A stretch of 33,174 nt of DNA from Burkholderiaceae bacterium. GTDB lineage: Bacteria > Pseudomonadota > Gammaproteobacteria > Burkholderiales > Burkholderiaceae_C. Made by a program: the position numbers and the translations under genes. The stretch covers positions 1 through 33,174 of the forward strand of contig JBOFGW010000290.1 in assembly GCA_051649325.1 (NCBI GenBank), given 5' to 3'. The notes below the pieces were generated by a model. The model was not told where the DNA came from. It was given only the letters and a program-made list of their open reading frames with translations, and did no database searches. Positions within the stretch are counted from its first letter, which is position 1. Every line of letters begins with the position of its first letter. This document shows, in pieces, positions 18,221 to 27,474 of this stretch.

Positions 18221-18580
18221 ATGGCAACAATCAAACAAGTAATGGAAGAACTGCTCACTGTAGACGGCGCGCTCTGTGCCGCGGTCGTTGATTCCAGCAG
18301 CGGCATGATGCTGGGTTCAGCGGGCGGCGGTGTAGACCTTGAAGTGGCCGCCGCCGGCAACACTGAAGTGGTGCGCGCCAAACTGAAGACCATGCGCGGC
18401 CTGGGCCTGAACGACGTGATCGAAGATATGCTGATCACGCTGGGCAAGCATTACCACATCATCCGCCCGATGGCGCGCAAAGAAGGTGTGTTTATCTACT
18501 TTGTGCTGGACCGCGCCAAGTCCAATCTGGCACTGGCCCGCCGTAAAGTGCAAGACGTGGAAAAAGAACTGACGCTGTAA
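18221..18580 (+). CDS. Roadblock/LC7 (MglB-like) domain protein
   Basis: 119 aa. GALCAAVVDSSSGMMLGSAGG...NTEVVRAKLKTMRGLGLNDVIEDMLITLGKHYHIIRPMARKEGVFIYFVLDRAKSNLALARRKVQDV fits the Roadblock/LC7 pattern. An SD (AAGGGGA) precedes the ATG. Confidence 0.7.
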   Translation: MATIKQVMEELLTVDGALCAAVVDSSSGMMLGSAGGGVDLEVAAAGNTEVVRAKLKTMRGLGLNDVIEDMLITLGKHYHIIRPMARKEGVFIYFVLDRAKSNLALARRKVQDVEKELTL

Positions 18581-18602
18581 CGCGTGCGCGCAAAGCGCTA
18601 TG

Positions 18603-18632
18603 AAAAAAGCCCGGTACTTGCCGGGCTTTTTT
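18603..18632. terminator. Bidirectional rho-independent terminator (AAAAAA-GCCCGG-TACTTG-CCGGGC-TTTTTT)
   Basis: The 6-bp GC stem (18609-18614 and 18621-18626) is flanked by an A-run and a T-run. It lies between the convergent Roadblock gene (stop 18580) and the BLUF gene (stop 18631). Confidence 0.8.
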
Positions 18633-20166
18633 ATGTTGCATCCGCCTGCGCCAGCGCGTCTTTCCATTGCCCGGCCAGGTACTGCACCATGCCCATATTC
18701 AGGTCTGCATCGCGCAGCACCACCCGCACCCAGAGATCGCCGCCACTGCCCGGTACGCTCAGCAGCGCCAGCCATTCAAACGTGCCCCCGCCATGGCTGC
18801 AGGTGAACTCCAGCGGCGCACCGGGCGCCTGTTGGCTACGCATATGTGCCAGGGCCTGCAGCAGATCGGCCGGCGCCTGCTCGGGCGTGCTGGCCGCCAC
18901 CAGATGGTGATTGTCCTGCGACCAAGCGGCCCACGACTGCACCGCGCCCTGGCTTGAAAAAATGCGCTGCAGCGTTTGCGCAAGCGCGGGCGGTGATGCT
19001 GGCGCAGGCGTAGTTACGGCAACCGGCTTGACTGCAACCACCGGCTGCGCAGCGATCGCAGGGGCAGCGCCAACCTTGCCGGGCGCGGCGCGCGGCGAAA
19101 AAACCGTCTCGGCCGATGCCGCGGATACCGCCCATTCATGCTGCACAAAAAAGCGCTCGGCCGCGGCGCGGATCTCGTCCCACACCGCGCTGGGCTCGGC
19201 CAGATGCGAAAACACCACTTGCGCTGTAAAGCCCTGCTCCTGCGCATACGCGCGAAAACGCTCAGCGCTGAGTGTCGACTTAGGCGTAAAAACGCCGATG
19301 ACCACGGGCTGGATACTGCGCATGCTGGCGGTGGCCAGAATTTTTTGCGCAAAGGCCAGCGTTTCGGCCGGCGAGGCGCTGCGAAACAGCATCGCCAACA
19401 CCTGCGTCTGCTGGTTCAGCAGCTCAAACAAAGACGATTGCACCATCCAACCGCTGATACAACTAAGCCGCATGTGGGTGCCCTTGCGCAGGGGAATGTC
19501 CACGTACTCGCACAGGGCCGCCTCGTCGGGCACCGCCGGCGCGTTGAACCAGGTGCGGCTGATGCGCTTGATCTGCGCGGTATCTGCCACATGCCGCACC
19601 AAGGCAGAGGGCCAGATGGAGTTGGTCGCCACGACGCACACGCGCGTATACCTGAACGGCCCTGCCTCGCGCTGGTTGTTGGGCGCATCAGCCGGCTTAA
19701 CCAGGCCGCGCACCAGATCGGCGGCGCTCCAACCGCCGCTGCGCGAGCGCAGCACCACCGCGTCGGCGCGGGCGCGCACGTCTTCTGCGGTCTCGGTGCG
19801 CTTGGCCACACAGACCATCCAGTCATCAGCCAACACTGGCTCGTGGGCATCAAACAGCAGCACGTGGTAGTCACTGTGGCGCGGATCGCGCTGCAAGCGT
19901 TCGTTGAGCGTTTGCAGCGCCGGCAGCGGGCCTTCCAGCCATTGCATGAAAAACCCGCCCATGTAGATCAACGCGCCGCGGATGTGATGCGCCGTGTTGT
20001 GCTTGCACGCCTGTGCCTCGATCTGCACCAGCTCGCGCATGATGTCGCCCTGCACCTGCGAGCGGCTGATGTACACCAGTGTGTGCGAGGCGTTGCCGGC
20101 AGTTTGATCGCGTGAGTCGGGCACGGTTGTGATGAGGTACGTATAAGGCAAATTGGCCGCGTGCAA
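18631..20166 (-). CDS. BLUF (blue-light FAD sensor) domain protein with a long C-terminal extension. The extension has a middle domain of unknown type, an Ala/Pro-rich linker and a C-terminal Roadblock-like segment.
   Basis: The BLUF motifs are the conserved Tyr in HTLVYISRSQ and IRGALIYMGGFFMQWLEGP...RDPRH. The exact start is uncertain: TTG at 20166, or a GTG just before YISRS. The first in-frame ATG would remove the conserved Tyr. Confidence 0.65.
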   Translation of the reverse strand: MHAANLPYTYLITTVPDSRDQTAGNASHTLVYISRSQVQGDIMRELVQIEAQACKHNTAHHIRGALIYMGGFFMQWLEGPLPALQTLNERLQRDPRHSDYHVLLFDAHEPVLADDWMVCVAKRTETAEDVRARADAVVLRSRSGGWSAADLVRGLVKPADAPNNQREAGPFRYTRVCVVATNSIWPSALVRHVADTAQIKRISRTWFNAPAVPDEAALCEYVDIPLRKGTHMRLSCISGWMVQSSLFELLNQQTQVLAMLFRSASPAETLAFAQKILATASMRSIQPVVIGVFTPKSTLSAERFRAYAQEQGFTAQVVFSHLAEPSAVWDEIRAAAERFFVQHEWAVSAASAETVFSPRAAPGKVGAAPAIAAQPVVAVKPVAVTTPAPASPPALAQTLQRIFSSQGAVQSWAAWSQDNHHLVAASTPEQAPADLLQALAHMRSQQAPGAPLEFTCSHGGGTFEWLALLSVPGSGGDLWVRVVLRDADLNMGMVQYLAGQWKDALAQADAT

Positions 20167-20258
20167 TGCGCGGCACGATCGTCAAGGTTTCGACTTTACA
20201 TGGCAATCGCTCGCATGCATGTACTCGATTGTTGGGGTTGGTCAGCAAAAACATCTGC

Positions 20259-20322
20259 TCTACGCAATATCCATGCGGGTTTTGGAGCAAAAATGCCTGA
20301 AAACGCTCATGGATAAAGCGTG
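20259..20322. repeat. Copy 5 of the palindromic repeat family (right arm slightly degenerate)
   Basis: The sequence is CTACGCAATATCCATGCGGGTTTTGGAGCAAAAATGCCTGAAAACGCTCATGGATAAAGCGTG. Confidence 0.8.
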
Positions 20323-20444
20323 TCCTCGCGTTTGCGCCAAGCTAAAACGCGCCCAGATACTGCGTATCGATCAACACCTTTGTGCGTTGAAGCGCATACG
20401 GCACCCACGCAGGCTACAGCGCACCGTGCCTTACACTGATACGT

Positions 20445-21527
20445 ATGACCTTCGCTCCCCTGCAAAACGACACCTTCCTCAAAGCGCTCAAGCGCCAGCC
20501 CACCGAATACACACCTGTCTGGCTGATGCGCCAAGCGGGCCGCTACTTGCCGGAGTATCGCGATACGCGTGCGAAGGCCGGCAGCTTCATGGGGCTGGCG
20601 ATGAACCCGCAGTATTGCTGCGACGTGACGATTCAGCCGTTGGACCGCTACGCACTGGATGCCGCAATTTTGTTCAGCGACATTCTCACCGTGCCCGACG
20701 CCATGGGCCTGGGTTTGAGCTTCGAACAAGGCGAAGGGCCGCGCTTTGCGCATCCGCTGCGCGATGAAGCCGCGGTACACAAACTCGCCGTGCCGGACAT
20801 GGCCAAGCTGCAGTATGTGTTTGACGCGGTGAATCTGATCCGCAAAGAACTCAAGGGCCGTGTGCCGTTGATCGGCTTTTCCGGCAGCCCGTTCACACTC
20901 GCGTGCTACATGATCGAAGGCAAGGGTAGCGACGATTACCGGCTGATCAAAACCATGATGTATCAGCGGCCGGACTTGCTGCACAAGATCCTGGACATCA
21001 ACGCGCAGGCCGTGGCACTGTATTTGAAAGAGCAGATCAAGGCCGGCGCGCAGGCGGTGATGGTGTTTGACAGCTGGGGCGGTGTGCTGGCCGACGGCGC
21101 GTTTCAAAAATTTAGTCTCGCCTATTCCAAACGCGTGATCGACGCGCTCAATACCGACCCGGCCACGATGGCTACACCCAAGATTGTGTTCACCAAGGGC
21201 GGCGGGCCGTGGATTGAAGAGGTGGCCGCCATCGGCGCAGACTGCGTGGGCTGCGACTGGACGGTGAATCTAGGCCAAGCCCGCGCGCGCGTGCAAGACC
21301 GCGTGGCGCTGCAAGGCAATATCGACCCGATGGTGCTGATGGCCGACCCGCCGCAGATCGAGGCAGAAGTCGCGCGTGTGTTGGAAAGTTTTGGCCCACC
21401 CGGCAAGCAGTCCGGCCATGTCTTCAATTTGGGCCACGGCATCAGCCAGTTCACGCCGCCGGACAATGTGAAGGTGCTAGTGGACGCGGTGCACGCCTAC
21501 AGCCGGAAGCTGCGCGCACGTGGCTGA
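20445..21527 (+). CDS. hemE: Uroporphyrinogen decarboxylase
   Basis: The protein is collinear with E. coli HemE: [48 protein letters not shown] and HVFNLGHGI. Confidence 0.95.
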   Translation: MTFAPLQNDTFLKALKRQPTEYTPVWLMRQAGRYLPEYRDTRAKAGSFMGLAMNPQYCCDVTIQPLDRYALDAAILFSDILTVPDAMGLGLSFEQGEGPRFAHPLRDEAAVHKLAVPDMAKLQYVFDAVNLIRKELKGRVPLIGFSGSPFTLACYMIEGKGSDDYRLIKTMMYQRPDLLHKILDINAQAVALYLKEQIKAGAQAVMVFDSWGGVLADGAFQKFSLAYSKRVIDALNTDPATMATPKIVFTKGGGPWIEEVAAIGADCVGCDWTVNLGQARARVQDRVALQGNIDPMVLMADPPQIEAEVARVLESFGPPGKQSGHVFNLGHGISQFTPPDNVKVLVDAVHAYSRKLRARG

Positions 21528-22200
21528 TGCGGGCTTGGTTGCAGTAGTGGCCGGTGCCACCGGCCTGACCGGCCGCGCACTGGTGGCGCAGCTGCGCGCA
21601 GACACGCGCTACGCCAAGACCATCGCGCTCACGCGCAAAGCCGGTAGCGTGGCCGCAGATGCACGCGTGCAAGAGTGTGTAGTGGATTATGACGCGCTGG
21701 CCGCATCGCCCACTTTGCCTGCCGGCCATCTTGACCACGCATTTTGCTGCTTGGGCACCACCATCAAAGTGGCGGGCTCACAGGCAGCGTTTCGCAAAGT
21801 GGATTTTGACGCGGTACTGGCATTTGCACGCGCAGCCAAAGCCAGCGGCGCGCGGCATTTGAGTGTGATCAGCGCGCTCGGTGCAAGCGCAAGCTCCAGC
21901 GTGTTTTACAACCGCGTCAAGGGTGAGATGGAGCAGGCCGTTGCGCAACTGGGCTTTGTGAGTGTGCACTTGCTGCAGCCTTCGCTGTTGCTGGGTGAGC
22001 GGTCTGAACTGCGGGCTGGCGAGCGCGCGGGCATCCTTGCGGCCAACGTGATCGCGCCGCTGCTGCTTGGCCCGGTGCGCAAGTACCGGCCAATTCATGT
22101 GGAGGTGGTTGCGCGCGCGATGCGGGCAGGCGCGGCGCAAGAACAGCCAGGCTTGCGGGTCTCTGAGTCCGACCAAATTGCGGTGCTTGGCGCGGCTTAG
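21520..22200 (+). CDS. NAD(P)-binding Rossmann-fold protein (atypical SDR / NmrA-like)
   Basis: N-terminal [16 protein letters not shown] glycine-rich motif. The GTG start overlaps the hemE stop by 8 nt (translational coupling). The length is 226 aa. Confidence 0.6.
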   Translation: MADAGLVAVVAGATGLTGRALVAQLRADTRYAKTIALTRKAGSVAADARVQECVVDYDALAASPTLPAGHLDHAFCCLGTTIKVAGSQAAFRKVDFDAVLAFARAAKASGARHLSVISALGASASSSVFYNRVKGEMEQAVAQLGFVSVHLLQPSLLLGERSELRAGERAGILAANVIAPLLLGPVRKYRPIHVEVVARAMRAGAAQEQPGLRVSESDQIAVLGAA

Positions 22201-22254
22201 CAGCAAACTTTCTTTACCCAGCGCGCTTGACTTATGCACATTTTTTGGCTCCCC

Positions 22255-22282
22255 CAGTATCCATGCGGGTTTTGGGAAACTA
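22255..22282. repeat. Half-copy (left arm only) of the palindromic repeat family
   Basis: CAGTATCCATGCGGGTTTTGGGAAAC matches the left arm, but the right arm is absent. Confidence 0.55.
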
Positions 22283-22506
22283 GCGCAGTTAGAGCGAGAA
22301 GTTGTGTAGCAAGTGCTTGATTATTAAAGAGTATTTCCCTGACTGGTTTCTGCGCACCCGCAAAAACCCGTTGCGAAAGAACGACTTAACCGATTTGTCA
22401 CGTAGTTGCCCACAAAGATATCCACAGCTTTTGTGGACTACTCGAAAAGCGCTTTTGGCAAAGCGCGTTAGACCACAAACTTAAAGTAGTTTCTATGGCG
22501 TGAAAC

Positions 22507-24534
22507 ATGCAAAGCCCGATCAATACCGCCATAGCCGTCAATCTGCCCGGTGCAGACAGTTTTGATTTTCATGCGCAAACCGCACTAGCACCCGGGCAAC
22601 TTGCCGTCGTGCCCTGGGGCAACGGCAAGCGCATGGGCGTGGTGCTGCAAGCCCCTGCGGCGCCGCAGATTGAGGCCGCGCGCATCAAGCCAATTACAGG
22701 CGCGGTGACCGAATGGCCTGCCCTGCCCGCACCCGTGTTGGCGCTGGCACGCTTTGCGGCGGAGTATTACCAGCGCGGCCTGGGTGAAGTGCTGCTCTCT
22801 GCCATTCCCGAGCCGCTCACGCGCGCGGCGGATTACGCGATTGACGATGGAACCGCGCGCTTTGCCAAACTCAAACGCGTCAAGCGCGCGCAAAGCCAAA
22901 GCACCCGCGCGGCGGCCGGCGACGCGCTCACGCTCAACGCGGAGCAAGCGCAGGTGCTCGCGCGCATCAGCGCCACCACTAGTTACGCGCCGCATCTGCT
23001 GTTTGGTGTAACTGGCAGCGGCAAGACCGAGGTGTATCTGCACGCGGTAGCGCAAACGCTGGCGCGCGGCAAAACCGTGCTGCTGCTGGTGCCGGAAATC
23101 GCCCTCACTGAAGGGCTGTGGGCGCAGGTGTTTGCGCGCTTCCCGGACGTGCCTATCGCACTCATGACCAGTGCGCTGTCCGACGGAGAACGCGCCATCG
23201 GCTGGCTGGATGCGCTCAAAGGCGAAGCAACAATTGTGATCGGCACACGCTCAGCCGTGTTTGCGCCGCTGGCGAACGTGGGGCTGATCATCGTCGATGA
23301 GGAGCACGACGCGAGCTACAAGCAAAGCGAAGGCGCGCGCTGGCACGGCCGCGATCTGGCGGTGATGCGCGCGCGGCTGGAAGATTGCCCCATTGTGCTG
23401 GGCAGCGCCACGCCCAGCCTGGAAAGTTGGGCCAACGCGCAGGCCGGCCGCTACAGCTTGCTGCGGCTGGCGCAGCGCGCCAATACCGCCGCGCGCTTGC
23501 CACGCATTGAACTGGTGGAGCCAAGCAAGGCCGCCAATTTGGCAGGCGTATCCGAGCGTTTGTTTGCAGCGCTGCAAGCACGCCTTGCCGCAGGCGAACA
23601 AAGCCTAGTGTTTCTGAACCGCCGCGGTTACGCGCCGGTGCTGGCCTGCGACGCCTGCGACTGGATGGCCGACTGCGACAACTGCTCCGCCCACTTTGCG
23701 CTGCACCGCGCGCGCAGCAAATCTGGCTATCAACTCATCTGCCATCATTGCAGCGCGCACCGCGCCGTGCCGCTGCGCTGCCCGCAGTGCGGCAATGCAG
23801 ACCTGTTACCCAAGGGCCGCGGCACGCAAAAGCTGGAAGACGCGCTCGCGCAAGCGCTGCCGCAAGCGCGCATTGTGCGTATGGATGCAGACACCACGCG
23901 CCGCCGCGGCGCAGGCGCGCAAATGCTGCAAGACATGGATGCCGGCAGCACAGACATCCTCGTCGGCACGCAAATGACCGCCAAAGGCCACGACTTTGCG
24001 CGGCTCACGCTGGTGGGCGTGCTGGGCGCAGATCAATCACTGGGCAGCCCGGATTTTCGTTCTGAAGAGCGGCTATTCGCCCTGCTCATGCAAGTGGCAG
24101 GCCGCGCCGGCCGCGCCGACAAACCCGGCGAAGTGCTGATTGAAACCAAACGCCCGCGCCACATGCTATTTGACGCGCTCAAACAGCAAGACTACGAAGC
24201 CGTAGCCACGCGCCTGCTGCAAGAGCGCGAAGACCTCGGCCTGCCGCCCTACGTAAGCTTTGCCTTGATGCGCGCCAGCGCCAAGAGCGATGCGATCGCG
24301 CAGAGTTTCTTGAAAGACGCCCGCGCGCTCGGCCTTGAGCGCGGCGTAACGCTCTACCACCCCATGCCACAAGCCGTACCCCGCGTCGCCAATCAAAGCC
24401 GCTGGCAACTGCTGGCCGAAGCGCCCAGCCGCGCGCAGATGCAAACTTTTTTGAAAGACTGGCTCGTCAAAGTCAACGCGCTCAAAAGCAGTAACGTGCG
24501 CTGGCATATCGATGTGGATCCACTGGAGCTATGA
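22507..24534 (+). CDS. priA: Primosomal protein N' (replication restart helicase PriA)
   Basis: Walker A (LLFGVTGSGKTEVYL), DEEH box (IIVDEEHDASYKQ) and the Cys-rich zinc-binding region (CDACDWMADCDNCSAHFALH...CHHCSAH...CPQCGN). The length is 675 aa. Confidence 0.93.
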   Translation: MQSPINTAIAVNLPGADSFDFHAQTALAPGQLAVVPWGNGKRMGVVLQAPAAPQIEAARIKPITGAVTEWPALPAPVLALARFAAEYYQRGLGEVLLSAIPEPLTRAADYAIDDGTARFAKLKRVKRAQSQSTRAAAGDALTLNAEQAQVLARISATTSYAPHLLFGVTGSGKTEVYLHAVAQTLARGKTVLLLVPEIALTEGLWAQVFARFPDVPIALMTSALSDGERAIGWLDALKGEATIVIGTRSAVFAPLANVGLIIVDEEHDASYKQSEGARWHGRDLAVMRARLEDCPIVLGSATPSLESWANAQAGRYSLLRLAQRANTAARLPRIELVEPSKAANLAGVSERLFAALQARLAAGEQSLVFLNRRGYAPVLACDACDWMADCDNCSAHFALHRARSKSGYQLICHHCSAHRAVPLRCPQCGNADLLPKGRGTQKLEDALAQALPQARIVRMDADTTRRRGAGAQMLQDMDAGSTDILVGTQMTAKGHDFARLTLVGVLGADQSLGSPDFRSEERLFALLMQVAGRAGRADKPGEVLIETKRPRHMLFDALKQQDYEAVATRLLQEREDLGLPPYVSFALMRASAKSDAIAQSFLKDARALGLERGVTLYHPMPQAVPRVANQSRWQLLAEAPSRAQMQTFLKDWLVKVNALKSSNVRWHIDVDPLEL

Positions 24535-25067
24535 GCACGCCGCAGCGCATTCAACTCATCGGCGGCAGCGGCTCGGGCAAGAGCACGATTGCGCAGCAAC
24601 TCGCGCAGCGCCTGAACGCGGTCTATTGCGATCTGGACGATCTGCACTGGGATCCGCAGTGGATTGAAGTGCCTAACGACGTGATGTTCGCGCGCCTGGC
24701 GCCGGTTGCCGCGCAAGAGCGCTGGATCATCGCCGGCAACTACCCGCAGACGTGGCCGATGCTCTGGCCTAGGCTCGACCTGCTGATCTGGCTTGACCTG
24801 CCGCTGCACGTGAAAGTGTGGCGCACCCTACGCCGCACCTTCAAGCGCGCGTGGCGGCGCGAACCCTGCTGCAACGGCAACTACGAAAGCTTGGTACGCC
24901 TATTCACCCGCGATTCAGTCGTGCTCTATCTGATCCAAACCCATGCGCAGCGGCAGCGTGAATACACCGCGCAGATGAATCGCCGCGACCGGCCGCCGTT
25001 TACTTTTGTGCGGCTGCGCACACAGCGCGAAGTCAGTGCTTTTGTAGAGAAATTAACCGATAAATAA
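24531..25067 (+). CDS. Small P-loop NTPase (adenylate-kinase-like / topology-modulation-protein-like)
   Basis: Walker A LIGGSGSGKSTIAQQLA, followed by LDDLHW. The start overlaps the priA stop (ATGA). Confidence 0.7.
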   Translation: MSTPQRIQLIGGSGSGKSTIAQQLAQRLNAVYCDLDDLHWDPQWIEVPNDVMFARLAPVAAQERWIIAGNYPQTWPMLWPRLDLLIWLDLPLHVKVWRTLRRTFKRAWRREPCCNGNYESLVRLFTRDSVVLYLIQTHAQRQREYTAQMNRRDRPPFTFVRLRTQREVSAFVEKLTDK

Positions 25068-25071
25068 GTGC

Positions 25072-25136
25072 TTTACGCAATATCCATGCGGGTTTTAAGG
25101 CGTTTCTTCCTCAAAACCCGCATGGATATTGCGTAG
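25072..25136. repeat. Copy 6 of the palindromic repeat family
   Basis: The sequence is TTACGCAATATCCATGCGGGTTTTAAGGCGTTTCTTCCTCAAAACCCGCATGGATATTGCGTAG, with a perfect 24-bp stem. It is intergenic, between the ATPase gene and rtcA. Confidence 0.9.
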
Positions 25137-25137
25137 T

Positions 25138-26172
25138 CTAGTGTGTAGTTTCGGTCTTCACATGCCAAGCGGCATCACGCTGCTCAATCACAAATCGCAC
25201 CGGCAAGAACTGCGCAATTGTCTGCGCATTGGTGCGTGTGTGCTGCGTGATTTCATTGGCTACGAATTCGCCCGCGTTATTGTCTCTAGCGGCCAGCGCT
25301 TGCAGCAGCATGAGTTGATCAGCCAAATGCGGCCCCACCGGCGCGTGCGATTTTTGATAATCACGCAGCTCGCTCACCAACCGTTTGGCCACTTCGTCTG
25401 AACTCACCGCTTTCTCGCCAAACTGCGTGAACACTTCTGTCACGTGTTCATACGCGAGCGTGGCGATCAGCGCGTTGCCCGGCCCTTCGTTCTGGCGCGT
25501 GCCGCCGTGACGCAGTTGGTCACCGCTCCAGCCCATCGCCGCGCCCAGCACCTCTAGCTCGCGCGCGGGCACGCTGCGCGGCAGGCCGGGCGCGAGCGCT
25601 TCTGCGTACGCGTCAACAGGCGCGCCGCGCTGCGTGAGTGTGATGGGTTTGAGCTGCGCGGCCGGATAAATCACCGCTGTCATCTCACCCCCGCCCGCCG
25701 GATAAAACCCGTGGCGGCGCAAGCTGAGCTGCAGATCCGCACCCGCGCGGCGCACCAGCGGTGCAAACGCCTGCTGCAGAAAATGAAACGGCGGCGCCAT
25801 TGGGTTATGCGTGCCGCCCGCTAAATGAATCGTGCTGGCTGCATCGGCCAGCAGCAGCGGCGGCAACACCGTTTGCAGCACCAGCGTGCAAGACCCCGCG
25901 CTACCCACCGCAAAACTGTACTCGCCCGCCTTCACTTTGCCCGACGCAAACACCAGTTGCTGCGAATTCAATTCCGCACCTTCCACCTGCGCACCACACA
26001 CCGCCTGCGCCGCCTGCACGCAGGTGAGATGCTGCCGCATCAGCCCCGGCTTGGGCCGCTTCGCGCGAATGCTGTGCATGCGAAACGGCTTGCCCGTCAC
26101 CATCGACAAGGCCAGCGAAGTCCGCAAAATTTGTCCACCGCCTTCTCCGGCGGAACCGTCGATTTCAATCAC
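25138..26172 (-). CDS. rtcA: RNA 3'-terminal phosphate cyclase
   Basis: The protein is collinear with E. coli RtcA: IEIDGSAGEGGGQILRTSLALSMVTGKPF, RPKPGLMRQHLT, FAVGSAGSCTLVLQTVLPPL and RHGFYPAGGG. The GTG start overlaps the upstream gene's stop by 8 nt. Confidence 0.93.
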   Translation of the reverse strand: MIEIDGSAGEGGGQILRTSLALSMVTGKPFRMHSIRAKRPKPGLMRQHLTCVQAAQAVCGAQVEGAELNSQQLVFASGKVKAGEYSFAVGSAGSCTLVLQTVLPPLLLADAASTIHLAGGTHNPMAPPFHFLQQAFAPLVRRAGADLQLSLRRHGFYPAGGGEMTAVIYPAAQLKPITLTQRGAPVDAYAEALAPGLPRSVPARELEVLGAAMGWSGDQLRHGGTRQNEGPGNALIATLAYEHVTEVFTQFGEKAVSSDEVAKRLVSELRDYQKSHAPVGPHLADQLMLLQALAARDNNAGEFVANEITQHTRTNAQTIAQFLPVRFVIEQRDAAWHVKTETTH

Positions 26173-27274
26173 TTTTTTCTTCTCTTCGCCGAGTTACTTT
26201 TTTCTTTCCTCGTTCGAGCTTCTTTTGGTACTCCATCCATCCGCTGTGAAAACCTTGGTCAGCACGACTAGCCCAAGTTTCAAAAAGACTACCCAGGACT
26301 AAAGAGTCGACACTCGGAACAAGATGTAGGACTGCTTTGCCCGTCCGTACTAGAGATGACACCGTTAGGACTCCCGGCTCAGTAAGCCCTGCATTGCTAG
26401 GTCCAGCAAGAAGAATCTTGCCTTGGCTTTGATCATCCAAACCAAGCCTAAACATCACACCTTTTGCACTGGCATGAACGTTTTGGCTAGCAAATTTGTA
26501 GTACGGTCTCAAATATTCGTAGCCAGTGAACTCTTCCAGATCAAAGAAAGTAATCCTCCCGCTCTTAGCAAGCAGCTTTGCGGCCCAACCATAGTCTTTG
26601 GCAAAGCTTTCACCATTTGCAGCAATGGCTTTGTTTCGCTCTTTCGTGATCCGAGCCATTGCTTGACTAGATAGCTTTCTTTCACCAAGTGCGGCAGCGT
26701 GCGTTTGATATTGCAAAGCAGCGTGATAGTTCTCGACTGCGACATGAGAACGATAGAGCTGCGAAACGCCAGCTTCGCTATGAGCAAGTACATCGGCCAC
26801 TGTTGCAACTTCGTGCAATGAGCGCCAGCGTGCTATTGCGCCATCTGCGAATCCGTTAAGTAGCAAGTGATATATCTCACTTGAAATCTGAATAGAGCGC
26901 GCATGAAGCTGAGCTACAACGTCGATTCGAATTCTTTCCGCCTCAGAACGACTTCTTCTCAACGCCAGTTTTATTGACGCTTCAAGTTCAATCGACATAT
27001 TGATTAGCTCAAGCAAGCGGTCAAGGCCTGCATTCCAGTTCCGAGCATTGCTTCGTAGGAATTGGCCGTGATCTCTCTTCCACTCGCGAAGCGAATCTCG
27101 CGAGCGCTGGCGCAAACCCTTGGCAAGAACTTTGGCTAAATCACTCGCTATAGCGGGCAGGTCCTGAGCGAGGCGCTCTAGTTTTTCTTTACCTTCGCCA
27201 TGGGACGGAGAAAGCCCCATCTCCGTCAGCTTATCCGCTATCAGCGATTCAAAGATTTTTTGTATTCCTAGCAT
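26165..27274 (-). CDS. Hypothetical protein (369 aa, lower GC) inserted between rtcB and rtcA. Predicted all-alpha. Contains an RWRSLH (Rx4H) motif.
   Basis: A long ORF with coding-like codon usage, noticeably AT-richer than its neighbours. The ATG is at 27274. It is translationally coupled to rtcA. No family was recognised by eye. Confidence 0.6.
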   Translation of the reverse strand: MLGIQKIFESLIADKLTEMGLSPSHGEGKEKLERLAQDLPAIASDLAKVLAKGLRQRSRDSLREWKRDHGQFLRSNARNWNAGLDRLLELINMSIELEASIKLALRRSRSEAERIRIDVVAQLHARSIQISSEIYHLLLNGFADGAIARWRSLHEVATVADVLAHSEAGVSQLYRSHVAVENYHAALQYQTHAAALGERKLSSQAMARITKERNKAIAANGESFAKDYGWAAKLLAKSGRITFFDLEEFTGYEYLRPYYKFASQNVHASAKGVMFRLGLDDQSQGKILLAGPSNAGLTEPGVLTVSSLVRTGKAVLHLVPSVDSLVLGSLFETWASRADQGFHSGWMEYQKKLERGKKKVTRRREEKSD

Positions 27275-27293
27275 TTATTGGCCGCTTGGCTAT

Positions 27294-27415
27294 CCCTTCA
27301 AACACACAACCTACCTCAACATATAAACCACTTCCACCAAATCCCTCTGCGCTCCCATCATCGCATCAATACCCTTGTACGCCATCGGAATTTCATCGAT
27401 CACATCAGCGTCTTT
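27294..27415 (-). pseudogene. Degenerate duplicate of the rtcB 3' end (last ~40 codons), a non-functional fragment
   Basis: The 122 bp are about 88% identical (14 mismatches) to rtcB 28385-28506. Translation gives KDADVIDEIPMAYKGIDAMMGAQRDLVEVVYMLR*VVCLKG, against the rtcB C-terminus KDADVIDEIPMAYKDIDAVMEAQKDLVEVVYTLKQVVCVKG. An internal stop is present. Confidence 0.85.
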
Positions 27416-27474
27416 GCTTGATACAAACTTGTCCGACGCTTTGCGCTGCGTATGCATCAGTGCCCAGATTCCGG

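Noticed and set aside
19138-20115. 325-aa plus-strand ORF (and several other 60-150-aa ORFs) antisense to the BLUF gene, hemE, priA, rtcB/SPFH (30130-31416) and the large oxidase gene
   Set aside because: These are typical spurious antisense ORFs in high-GC DNA. They have Arg/Ala/His-rich low-complexity translations, no RBS and no domain signatures, and the opposite strand carries well-supported genes.
26165-27274. Assigning the 369-aa protein to the HEPN RNase superfamily on the basis of the RWRSLH motif
   Set aside because: A single Rx4H match in a 369-aa protein is weak evidence. It is kept as a speculative note only, and a profile/structure search is needed.
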